Positions 1-10,552 of a DNA stretch of 59,972 bases are shown one piece after another. Under the pieces are notes generated by a model that ran no database searches, had not been told where the DNA came from, and saw only the letters and a list, made by a program, of their open reading frames with translations. The position numbers and the translations under genes were made by a program. The stretch's first letter is position 1; the number at the start of each line of letters is the position of its first letter. Location of the stretch: positions 1-59,972 of the forward strand of contig MU619348.1 in the NCBI GenBank assembly GCA_025201805.1, in the 5' to 3' direction. Origin of the DNA: Parasitella parasitica NRRL 2501 (lineage: Eukaryota; Fungi; Mucoromycota).

Positions 1-417
1 GTTGTACATGATGGGAGAAACTGAGATTTCAGCGAACAAGCGATTGTTGTCCTTGCGTATTTGTTCAGATACAGCCCACAGATGTGTATTGCCTTCGCAG
101 AATACTGCTAGGTCAAGAATAAAGGCCTTCTTCTTGTCAAGAACGTCAGTAATGTCAATGACAATAGAGTGGGCCATGGTCCCAGTTAAGTAAGGACGAG
201 TTACTTTATTAGTAAAGTGATCAAGTTGAGAGGGGCTAGTTGCGCTGGAGGTGAGATGAACAAGTCCACCTGTAAGCCGTAGGGATGGTGATTCAGACAT
301 AACACTCGAGTTTTTGAGTGAACCACCAGCAACGATTTCAGTCCATGATTTTTTTGATTGTTGATATGATATCGGGCCCTTAAAGGTACCATTTGGTTCT
401 TTAGCGGAGGAAGCCAT
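1..417 (-). mobile_element. 5' part of a non-LTR retrotransposon (LINE-like) ORF1/gag-like protein; open reading frame runs off the window edge
   Basis: Manual translation from ATG at 417 gives 139 uninterrupted, intronless codons (MASSAKEPNGTFKGPISYQQSKKSWTEIVAGG...HSIVIDITDVLDKKKAFILDLAVFCEGNTHLWAVSEQIRKDNNRLFAEISVSPIMYN). It is absent from the ORF track because there is no stop in the window. The N-terminal SW-x-x-IVAG motif resembles fungal LINE ORF1 proteins; a T-rich leader lies at about 418-470. Confidence 0.55.
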
Positions 418-589
418 GAAAAAAAAATTCCTTTCCAAAAAAAAACTGTAATAAAAAAACTGAAATAAAACGTCTTATCAAATAAAGGAAATTGTGCAAT
501 AAATGTCAATTTATAAAATGGCATCTGAGATTAATTCGAAAAAAAAATAACGTCTAAATCGCAGATGAGCAATCAAGATTATACTGTAT

Positions 590-1272
590 CAAGGCACATT
601 CAACCTGCATCGTAAAAGATCTCACCGAGCTACTGACATTGATTTTGGATGCGGGTATAAAAGGGCAAAAACTAAAATGGAGAGAGAGAGAAAAAAAAGA
701 AGCAAAGAAGGAAAAAAAGCAATGCTGGCTGAGAATGTCCCGTTAACTACACCACTTGACAAGCGCTCAAGTATCCAAGGACTACGCCGTGCATGTGAAA
801 CTCATCAAACCTTACCTAAAAACCTATTGAAATTCAAAACTAAAATACAGAAATGCCATTGTCAATAAAGAAGAGGCATTCATCACAAAGTCAAATAGTA
901 GGGAAAATCACATCAAAAATAAGAACAACCGTCTAATAAATATACAATTGGTGTTGGATCTTCGATAAAAGGACCAACGAACGCAACATACCACAAACTT
1001 GTATTTTTTGTTATAAAAAGTTGTTAGTACATCCAGGACAGCAGCAACATCGATTAACTAAAGACAAGTTGCTTTGTATTAATCCTGCTTGTATATCTGT
1101 GAAGAATGGAAGGACGACAAAATCATGGGATGCATTATCATCCGTGGCAAAAAGTCGCGTATTTTTTATATCAAGGTCTACATACCACAATTCTCACCTA
1201 TTAAAATCAATCAATTCCACCTTGATAAATTCAATTCACTTTCGTCTATGCCAATTCCGCTTTAACTATTAG
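590..1272 (+). pseudogene. Decayed Fanzor/TnpB-like RuvC nuclease (C-terminal half)
   Basis: Fragments in order: HRATDIDFGCGYKRAKTKMERERKK (623-700), TIGVGSSIKG (944-973), then TNERNIPQTCIFC...LCINPACISVKNGRTTKSWDALSSVA (973-1150). This matches RuvC-II Glu, a CxxC...CxNPxC zinc finger and RuvC-III (R/W)D. Internal deletions and frameshifts are present. Confidence 0.65.
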
Positions 1273-1493
1273 AGAAAAAATATTAAATTGCTCTACCAAA
1301 CATCAAAATGTTTTATATCAATTTGATTCTACGTTAGTATCTCTTGTACCTTATGTTATGCAGACAATGCACCGGTACTTCAGCTTAACATCTCAGCCAC
1401 TTTGATATGCTTTATAGTCACATTGGGCCCTTTCAAACCAACAAATTTTACGAAAAAAAAAAGCAATACACATCTTTCACTAATTGTCCCATC

Positions 1494-2348
1494 ATGGCCA
1501 ACGAGGAAAAAAAGCGTAAGCACAAGGACAGCTCAGAAAAAAAGCATAAAAAAAAGCACAAGTCGATTACAAAGATTATTGCACCTAGTTCCCCAGCATC
1601 GTCAGTGGGCTCTAGCACGCCCCCAGCTGCAACATCATTCTCGGAAGTTGTTGTCAAATTATATCTTCATTTGGCGCCCATGTGGTCAGGAAAGACAATG
1701 GAGGGTGTCAATGAGCAACTAAATGCGTTTTTGATGAAGTATATTTATTGCATATTTTTTTTTCAGAAGAAAGCAGCAGAATCTAATTCTGGATTGTAGA
1801 TATGTTCCCGAGGTAGACGGCATTATTCTTGCACACAGCGATGTACAATTTGACACAGATAAAGGAAAGATTCTTTATGATTCCCCATTCTGCCATTTCT
1901 TTATTACTGTCAAATTCCTCGTCTGGAAACCCAAGAGAGGTACAAAGTTAGTCGGACGCATCAATTTGCAATCAGAGGATCACATTGGTCTTTTGATTTA
2001 TGGTACTTTCAATGCTTCGATACCCAAATCTCGTATTCCTGCATCTACTTTTGAATGGAAGGTCAACGAGGAAGAAGCCGCTGCAGAAGCAGACCAGGAG
2101 ACAAATGAAGATGAAGAAGGGGACGTTACAGAAGCTGTTGCTGAGGAACGAACAAGAACACAGTATGGCGAATGGATCAACAAGGCTACTGGATCAAGTA
2201 TTGGTGGGGAGGACGGTACTCTTGAGTTTAATGTCCAGGAGTAAGTTTTTATTTTATTTTATTTTTTATTTTTGGGGATAACAGCTAAATTCTTTAATAT
2301 AGCATTATTGAAGCAAATGATATTTTAACCGTAACTGGTTCTCTCTAG
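1494..2348 (+). CDS. RPA43: RNA polymerase I subunit A43 (exons 1494-1738, 1800-2240, 2303-2348)
   Basis: The spliced product reads LHLAPMWSG...EQLNAFLMKYVPEVDGIILAHS...WKPKRGTKLVGRINLQSEDHIGLLIYGTFNASIP...ILTVTGSL*, an Rpb7/Rpa43 family signature. GT-AG introns restore the frame. Confidence 0.88.
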
Positions 2349-2439
2349 ACTGTATATTTCTTTTTTTCATATTATAATCATCAAAAAAAAATTATTAAAA
2401 AAAAACAATATATAAAACACAAAATTCTTTCCCATTAAA

Positions 2440-2740
2440 ACAAAACGCTGTATTATATCTTCCACTTCCTTGGCGAAGCCCTGTTCATTAAAACCTCCTG
2501 AATTGTATTTCTCAATCCGAACTTTTTTTTGCGAGATTCTGATGCTGCCAAAGATCGAATTCCATAGCTTTTCCAAAGGTACTATATTACCCTCATACCA
2601 GTGTTTTCGCGCTCTTTATATTTCAAATGTTCACTCCCAAGTGCATGGAATATTTGGCACTGTAATCTTAATGAAACTATGAATACTATAAAACTAGGAC
2701 CATAATGATATCCTTTCACCCTTTTACAAACAGGTCATAA
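2440..2740 (-). mobile_element. Probable KDZ (Kyakuja-Dileera-Zisupton) transposase relic
   Basis: Frameshifted minus-strand fragments KGE(G)YHYG.SL ... ITVPIFHALGSEHLKYKERENTGM ... RNTIQEVLMNRASPRK resemble the KDZ core GE..KY / PxFHAxGH..CQ.KY.PR motifs. Confidence 0.35.
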
Positions 2741-2902
2741 TGATCGTCCGCTCTCCACAGCCTCTTTGTCTTGCTGTCTTTGGCAATGCTGATTAACAGA
2801 AACAAATAACTCTCTTTAAGAAGGTTATATGGGTTATTTAGCAGTTGATGCAGCCTTTTATATACAAGAATGCAAAAAAGGATGTTGTCAATCCACTATG
2901 CT

Positions 2903-4758
2903 TTATTCAATGTTGGATAAAGGACGCTTATTGTTTTCATTTTTCACATCGCTCAAACTTTCTCCCTTTGCCGGTTTGTCTTCGGATTGAGGCGGCCACA
3001 CTAAATCAACGTCCATTACATCCAATTCCAATAAATCAGCAGAGTGAATGCCACCCACAGATGCCAAATTGGGCAATGTTCTACCAAGATCGCCATGTAC
3101 ATACTCTTTGATATAAGTTCCTGCTTGCGTATGTAATTGCAATACACCATAACGAGCTTCTGGGTCATCTATATCTGCGTCCTGTCTCAATCTAGTAATA
3201 GTTGAAGTATGGATGATCTTTGGGCGAACTGCAGCAGAACGTCTTTGAAATACACGCACGGGGGTCTTTTGCTGGATGGTGAACGGCGTTGATCCTGTTT
3301 TGTTGATGCGTTCAATCACTTGGTCCGTCAATGGCTCAGAAAGCCAAACAAGGGCTCTATATCTCTTGGTCTTGGTTTCTTCGCCTTCCTTGATGATACT
3401 CGTGTGATTGGGCGCAATGTATCCTAGATGTCGTACCTGTACATTATCTTTGTGCATTGGCTGGCTGTTGATTTCTTGCTCTATTTGCTTGTATTCTTCG
3501 TCGGTCAAACGAGGTGATCGTGGGTTGATGATCTCCAAGTAAAAGGGTCTCCCGGTTCCCAGCATACGCACATTGGCATCCTCTCGGCCTGCTGTTACGA
3601 ATTTAGTGTCATCCGCACGATGATATTTACGAATGATTTCAGCAAAGCACTCAGATACTGAATGCTCTGCTAATTTTCGGCCTTTGATAGCCCAAGGCGT
3701 CTGGCTGTATTCTCTCGAGAACTTGAGGTAGCGTCCACCGACATGGGAAGATGCGTGCAATAATGTAACTGTTTCAAATTTGGCTCGTTCTATTGGTGCG
3801 ACTGGAGGAATGGACGTAAAGCTAATGTCAGATTTTAGTATATAGCACAATGCGAGTGTTTCTAATCAAACCTTTTAGCTTCTTCGCTGTCTAATTGCTT
3901 TAATGCGTCAATGATATTAGGTCTTGAGTCACCAACTGTTACCCGCATTCTCTAAATCGACACATCAGTTAATGCCGCTGCTTCAATTAACCACTATTAG
4001 TATCCATAGTTTACCTTTTGGCGCACCGTCCTCAGGTTCAGCAATGGCTTACTTAGTTCAGTAAGGAACAAATGGTCTTTTGAAGTAGCTTCATGGCCGA
4101 GCACTACCGTCATTAGTAACGCTCCCTCTGCATCCAAATCAAATCCAGTCTTTTCCTGGAGCTTGAGACCAAACAAATATTTAAAGCAATCTTTGGCATC
4201 TCTTGGAGTGGTGTTTTTGTAAAGCCGGACAAGATCAGATGTGTAGTTTTCATCTGCGTATTTCTCCACGAGAGTGTTGCTGATGTGTATTTTGAGCAAA
4301 TGTTCACGAAGTAACATACCCACAGGCAGTGTGCAGGTCAGACAGCAGCTGTCAGTCTTGTAATCCTCTTTGTTCAGTTCTTTGCATACTTTGTCTACAT
4401 ATGCGTCTGCGCACTGAACAGAGCCCAAACAGGCTGTACAGACAGCACCATCTGCGACGTCGAAATGAACTTGACGGTCTTGGTACAAGAGCTGATTAAA
4501 TGCATCGTGGAGTTCCTATACATGAAAGCTGAATAAGCATTCTCTCTTTATTTGATATCTTTGGGATCTTACTGCTTCTTGCAAGGCATATAGACTGAAA
4601 TTTGCACAGGCAAGGAATCGAAGACAGCATCGGAAACAACATTTGGCGGCAACAAGGATTTCGACAATTGTCAATGCTGATTTAACCGCCAAGGCTCGAT
4701 CATTGTTCAAATGGCTTCCGAGGAGAAACTGATGCAACTGCTGCACTACACTTGTCAT
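2903..4758 (-). CDS. PUS10: tRNA pseudouridine synthase Pus10 (exons 4758-4573, 4515-4015, 3951-3872, 3821-2903)
   Basis: N-terminal Zn-binding Cys pairs (CCFRCC, CTAC), GGRYLKFSREYSQTPW, catalytic GRED..VRMLG.GRPF, QKTPVRV..RR thumb loop, and TQAGTYIKE.VHGDLGRT.P. Confidence 0.93.
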
Positions 4759-5096
4759 GGAAAAAAAAAAAAAAAAAAAAGAGTGACAGCAGAGAAGATG
4801 GAGGAAGGTACAGGTAGACTACCTCTCATAGTTTTACTTTCGTGTGGACTATCTTTTTCCAAGGCCACGGACTGGCTGCTACCTTGCTAACTTATGAATG
4901 TAACGTATGCAAAGTCAAAGTAATGTTGTCTTTAATATGGTATTAAAAAAAGAAGAAGGGGGATAAGAGAAGATGGCTACTTTTACAATAATAAAATGAG
5001 TAAAGATGATACAATAGTTAAAACGACATACAGCATTTAAATATTAATGAAATGGATTTCTGTGTGCGTGTGTCTTGGGTGTATCAATCTAGTTGT

Positions 5097-7212
5097 TTAC
5101 AATGCCATCGTTGCAGCAACACCTACACTCAAACCGAGACTCATCAAAGAGGCGGTAAATTTAATGGCACTGCTCTTTTCGGCATTGGTTTCTCGAGAAT
5201 TACCGCCTGTGGCAGAGACAGCTCTGTCGACGCTAGTGTTGGTAGAGACAGGTACAGCGGTATCGTTATAAGCACAAGTAGTGTTTGAGCACAAGCACTG
5301 GCCAGCAATAGGATCCCACCACAAACTATCACAGTCATTGGGGACAGTGTGACGGAAGCTGGGGTCTGTCGAAGCAACAGCAGGCTTGGGTGTGGGGTTC
5401 TCCAAAGTAGGCTCAGAAGAAGGGCAGTTGAAACAGGTGTCCCAATTGGCAGTGTTGAAATTGCAAGCGTTCAGCAAACCACCAGAGACAACATTATTAG
5501 CAACATTAATGTTTTCTAGACCATTACAGATCTCTTTGCCAATCTTGGGGGTAGTACATTGCATGTAGGATTGGCTTCCCAATTGACTTGCAGGCACAGG
5601 GTTTTGCATCTACATAGCATATCATCGGTTAGTCAAGCAACAGAGAGATAGAGAGAGAACAAGCAAAAAAAAAAAAAAAAAGGCAAAATAGAGCCTTACC
5701 CATTGCAACAATTGCTCGTTGGTTACAAACCAAACGTCAGGTTTTCCTTGGAGTGATTGGATAAAGCTGATTACAGCCTTCTTTCGAGCAGTGGTGTCAG
5801 CAAGGCCAGGGTAATTTGTCAAGTGAGCTATCATGTATCAAGTTAATATGCTGCTTCGATATGCCAGATAAAAAGGGCGCTTACAAGGATGAATGTAAAT
5901 GCCAAAAGGCTGGCGATTTCCATTGTAATGTCTGTCAAAGTTGGCGTTGGACCAAGCAGTGACATCGGAAGGAGAGCCAGCAAGATAAACATCCATCAAC
6001 TGAGCGGTTCCTGCCGTATCTTGAACTGCGTACATGGGGATTTCCCAAACACCAGGAAGCTTCAGCTCAGAGCCACAAACATTGTTCCAACAGTCATTAG
6101 CTAAACCATAGTCAAGAGTGTATGGCCTATATATTGTTATGTGTGAGTCGTGGTCATTGAAGCATCTACAAGCAGTTTTTTTTTTTTTTTTACCAGTAGC
6201 AATCATCAACAACACCCGATGCTGAAGTGTCATATTGGAAGCCTTGAGCCGCGATCGCTCTCAAAGTATCTTGCGTGTAATTCACTAGAGTAGTAGCATC
6301 AAAGAGTTAGTATGCATAGAGCTCTTTCAAGAACAAGTAAATACTTACAAAAAGGTGCTCTGAACCCTTTGATTTTACCAAGAGGAACACCACCATATTG
6401 GTTCAACATGGCACGGGCAGCTGCAATTTCTCTAATAAAAATAATAAAGGCATTTAATGCATAGATATTTTAAGAACGATGTATGGAACTTACTGTGAAG
6501 AAGGTGAGCCTAAACAAATATACATACAAACAAACGCATAAATAAATCTAGTGTTTTGCAAATAATGCATCTAAACCTTACCGACATGAGTAAAAGTGTG
6601 GCTATTTACAAGGAAATGAGTTAGAAGGCCATGCCAAAAAGAAAGAGAGAGAGAGAAATATGGAGACTTACTCTGCAACTTCGTTTCCTTGAGCATACCA
6701 TTGTTGAACCAAGGCAAAGTTAGTATAGAGCATCGAAACATACCAAGATCCCTATACAATAACAGTATTAACTCGATGCAAACTTATAATTGTGACGCAG
6801 AAGGGATAGAAATACTTGCCTTTGCAGCACATCCATTAGGGTTCCTTTTTTTTTTCAAGAAAATAGGAGAGAAAATGTATTAGATGAAGGGGACAACTAA
6901 TATGTTTGTGCAATAGGAGACAAAGACTTTATCTCTCTGCCTCTCTGGGTGTCTCTCAACTTACTTGACATTCAAGACATCTTGGGCAGTAGCTAATAAT
7001 TCGGCCTGAATCGAGTCATCAAATGTAATTGTGACAAATTGAGGAACATCAGAGGGCTTCAGTCCATTTGGAGGTGACAGCGATGGGCAAAGACAGCTTG
7101 GAAGTTTACATGTATTAGGATCGCAAGGAGATGCTGTAGTTGCTGCTTGACTCAATTGATTTGTAATTGAAAGAACTGCAAATATAGCTGTACTAATGCC
7201 AAAAAATTTCAT
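5097..7212 (-). CDS. Secreted, probably GPI-anchored CE4 polysaccharide/chitin deacetylase (multi-exon, with micro-exons)
   Basis: Signal peptide, CDPNTCKLPSCLC, motif TFDD, NPNGC, EVADHTFTH, GFRAPF, PYTLDYG, WEIPMY, PFGIYIH, and a hydrophobic C-terminal tail after a Ser/Thr-rich region. Confidence 0.88.
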
Positions 7213-8679
7213 ATTGATTAGAAGATAAAGAAAGAGAAAAGAGATGAATTAAAGAAAAAGCAAATCTCGATGAATTAATGCTGCAACGTTTCTCTAAACA
7301 AACGGTTTGTAAGGAGGCTTTTGATAAATGCAACAATTACTAAAGTGATACACACCAAAACCTCAAAGAGAACATTTCGCTATTTCAAGCAATATGTTTA
7401 ATAATAGAAATCACAATGTTTGCTGGAATCTTTTACATGTTGGATTGGCTCCAGTTTTTCCGTTGGATACACCTGTTTATTACCTATATGTTATTGTAAA
7501 TCTCCCGCCTATTTCGAAATAGTTATTATGTTTACACTTAATGCTACACGTGCAATTCACTCCTTATGCTTGTATTAAACAGCTTTTATGATAAACCGTC
7601 TACATGTTACATTTAACATTACCTTACTCTCTTATCAAACTTTGTCTGTTTAAGATTGTATAATAATAATAATGACGATAGCATTAAAAACAGCAAGAAT
7701 AAAGGCCAACCGAGGTTGTCGATAATTTGCACAAGTATACAATATGCATATCGCCTGATTAAATAATCAAAACATTGTCTCCTCCACAAAACGTACCCGA
7801 GATTCAATTTAATATCGTAACAAATCCCCTGTTATGTAGATATAAATTACCTTAAAGTTTTCTTGGTTTTACTTTTTTTGAGCTAATAGCTTCGATAATA
7901 GTATAATAGTAATAGTTATGTGAAAATCTTGGAATGACTCAAGCTGGCGCTCTAAATCTGCTCACTGTGGAATGGTCGACATTACCAAACAAAACGATTT
8001 GGATAGAAATTGCTTTGTCACTGTGGGTGCATAGCTATGGTTTATATCATGGCATGGGATAATTTGACAAGTGAAAAAAAAAAAAAGACTGAACATGACT
8101 AAACACCGATGGATGGCCCCTGATTTTGAGCATGTCGAATATGATAAATCGAATTTACGTTAAAAATTATGTAGACATGAATCGTGTATTTAGTATACAC
8201 ATCTTTACAAAGTAAAATAGATGACTCTTGGCGAGAAAAAAAAAAAAGGCTCATGAAAAAACCATTGCTAACGCTTTTGTCTACTGAAAGTATTCGATAC
8301 TTTACTCGCTTACATTGCCACTATCCCTCTATACAGCTTTGTGTAAGGCTCCAGTCTCTATCCAAAGTAATCAGCAAAAAGCAGTGATTTTCATGAAAAC
8401 TATCACAATATCGCCCATAACTTGCCATCAACAACAGTTGAGTATCAACTTTAGGTTCTTATACATGTAATATAAATTACCTTGAAATTTTTCTTTAATA
8501 AAAATAATACGACTGTTCAGTCTCGCTAACTCTTTTTTGTTCATATCTTTCACACTTGAAACATTTTCCATGGATCTGGAATGGCAATATTAATGGTAAT
8601 CGGTGTTTTTAGGATGGCTATGCTTAATTGAGCCATCCTAGCAACTGATCCGGTGGAAACATGATCGTAAGAAGACCGG

Positions 8680-8715
8680 TGTTGACATTGTTGACATTGT
8701 TGACACTGTCGACAT
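8680..8715. repeat. Four tandem copies of a 9-bp unit (TGTTGACAT consensus)
   Basis: TGTTGACAT TGTTGACAT TGTTGACAC TGTCGACAT read directly from the sequence. Confidence 0.85.
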
Positions 8716-8996
8716 CCCCAACACCATTGGCTCCTCGTCAACTTGAAGATCCATCGGTTTAGCTCCGCATTCATCAACAACACATCCTCGCCCATATCCT
8801 CATAAAATTGCATGTGAACGAGATGTTAAATTCAAAACCAGCGACGTTCTGGAGGGACAGTACAGCGCAATGATAAGGATTGACGCATGTGAGATGGAGG
8901 TAATGGTATGACAAATGTTTAAAATAGCCTGTTTTTCATCTTTTTTATCTTTTTCTTTTTTTTTTTCTTTATTTGTTTGTCGCTTCCAAAGACAAA

Positions 8997-10353
8997 ATGG
9001 ATTCATCAGCAGAAACGTTGGTGGCATCAGAATCAACAGATGCACATATTGTACCTGAAAAGCAACAATATAGACAAGTGCGCTGGGCTCCTATAAGAGG
9101 TATTCCAATTGAAAGGCGATTACAAATGCTGGCTGTCTGTACCTGGATTAGTCTCTTCTTTGTATGTATCTCGCTCTTTATTTTCATGGCTACATGCAAG
9201 TTTTTATGGCCAGTCTTGATTGCGTACATCACATTTCTGTTTGTCGATAAAGCACCTGAATCAGGCGGCAGACGATTTGAAAGTGCTCGACGTTGGACAA
9301 TTTGGAGATACTTTGCCGACTATTTCCCTGTGCGATTGGTCAAGGTACATATATACAGTAAATGTCTTGACTATAGAGTTGATACGATGCTTATAAACGT
9401 TATGGTTGCACATAGGAACAAGATCTTGATCCCAAAAAGAACTATGTCTTTGGTTACGCGCCCCATGGTATTATTTCAATAGGAGCCTTGTACGCATGAT
9501 TTCTTAAGCAATAACGCCAAATCTCAAGTATTTCTAACCTATGATTCTTTTTCAAGGACCAACTTTGCAACAGAAGCAACTGGGTTTTCAGAAATGTTCC
9601 CAGGAATTACACCATCTTTACTTACATTGACGTCAAACTTCCGCATCCCATTCTACAGAGACTTGATCATGTCGCTCGGTATCGCAGCAGTATCTCGTCG
9701 ATCCTGCGCGTCGATACTGTCATCAGGTCCAGGTAGATCGATTGTTATTGTTGTGGGAGGAGCAGCAGAATCGTTGAATGCTCGCCCAGGTATAGCTGAT
9801 TTAGTCTTGAGAAAACGATTGGGGTTCATTCGCCTGGCAATCCAGCAGGGCGCCTCCTTAGTTCCTGTGTTTTCATTTGGCGAAAACGAATTGTATGACC
9901 AACTGGATAATTCAAAGGGAAGTAAAGTGTTCATGTGTCAGAAAAAGATGCAATCGTTGTTTGGTTTTACAATGCCATTGTTTCATGCTCGCGGTATTTT
10001 CAACTGTAAGTATATTTTGGTATATGTATAGTGTTATTTGCGAATGGAGAGATTCACACAGGCACTTGTCGGCATATAGATGATTTTGGGCTTATCCCGT
10101 TCAGACACCATATTTATACAGTTGGTAAGGTCTTTTTGAGGTTGGTGGAATTTTGTCATGGTCTAATTTTGTACGTATGTTAGTTGGTAAACCTATTCCT
10201 GTCCCTGCGCTGGAAGAAGGTCAAACTGAACCTACTCAGGAACAAATTTTGCAAGTTCAAAAGCTATATATTGAAGAGCTTTATTTTATTTATAACAAGT
10301 ATAAGGATGTTTATGCTCAAGATCGCAAGCAAGAGCTTCGTATTACAGATTAA
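8997..10353 (+). CDS. DGAT2: Diacylglycerol O-acyltransferase type 2 (multi-exon)
   Basis: WAPIRGIPIERRLQ, YFP, GYxPHG, GGAAE, RLGF, VPVFSFGEN and VGKPI motifs of DGAT2/Dga1. Confidence 0.93.
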
Positions 10354-10552
10354 TAATCACTTTGAATGGCATAATCACATACTTCTTTTCTTTTCTTTTT
10401 TTTTTTTTTTTATTTATTTACGCATGAAAACCCCCATTTTTTGTTCATACCATTCACTATATCACTCTCGCAACTTTCGTCGACAGAAAACTGTATTAAA
10501 AGCAAATCTAATAACTGTCAGCCGAAATATAATACATGTGCATGATGAAAAG

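Noticed and set aside
8550-8813. Cys-rich small protein (CRQCQQCQQCQH)
   Set aside because: The Cys periodicity is a by-product of the 9-bp DNA repeat; no other support.
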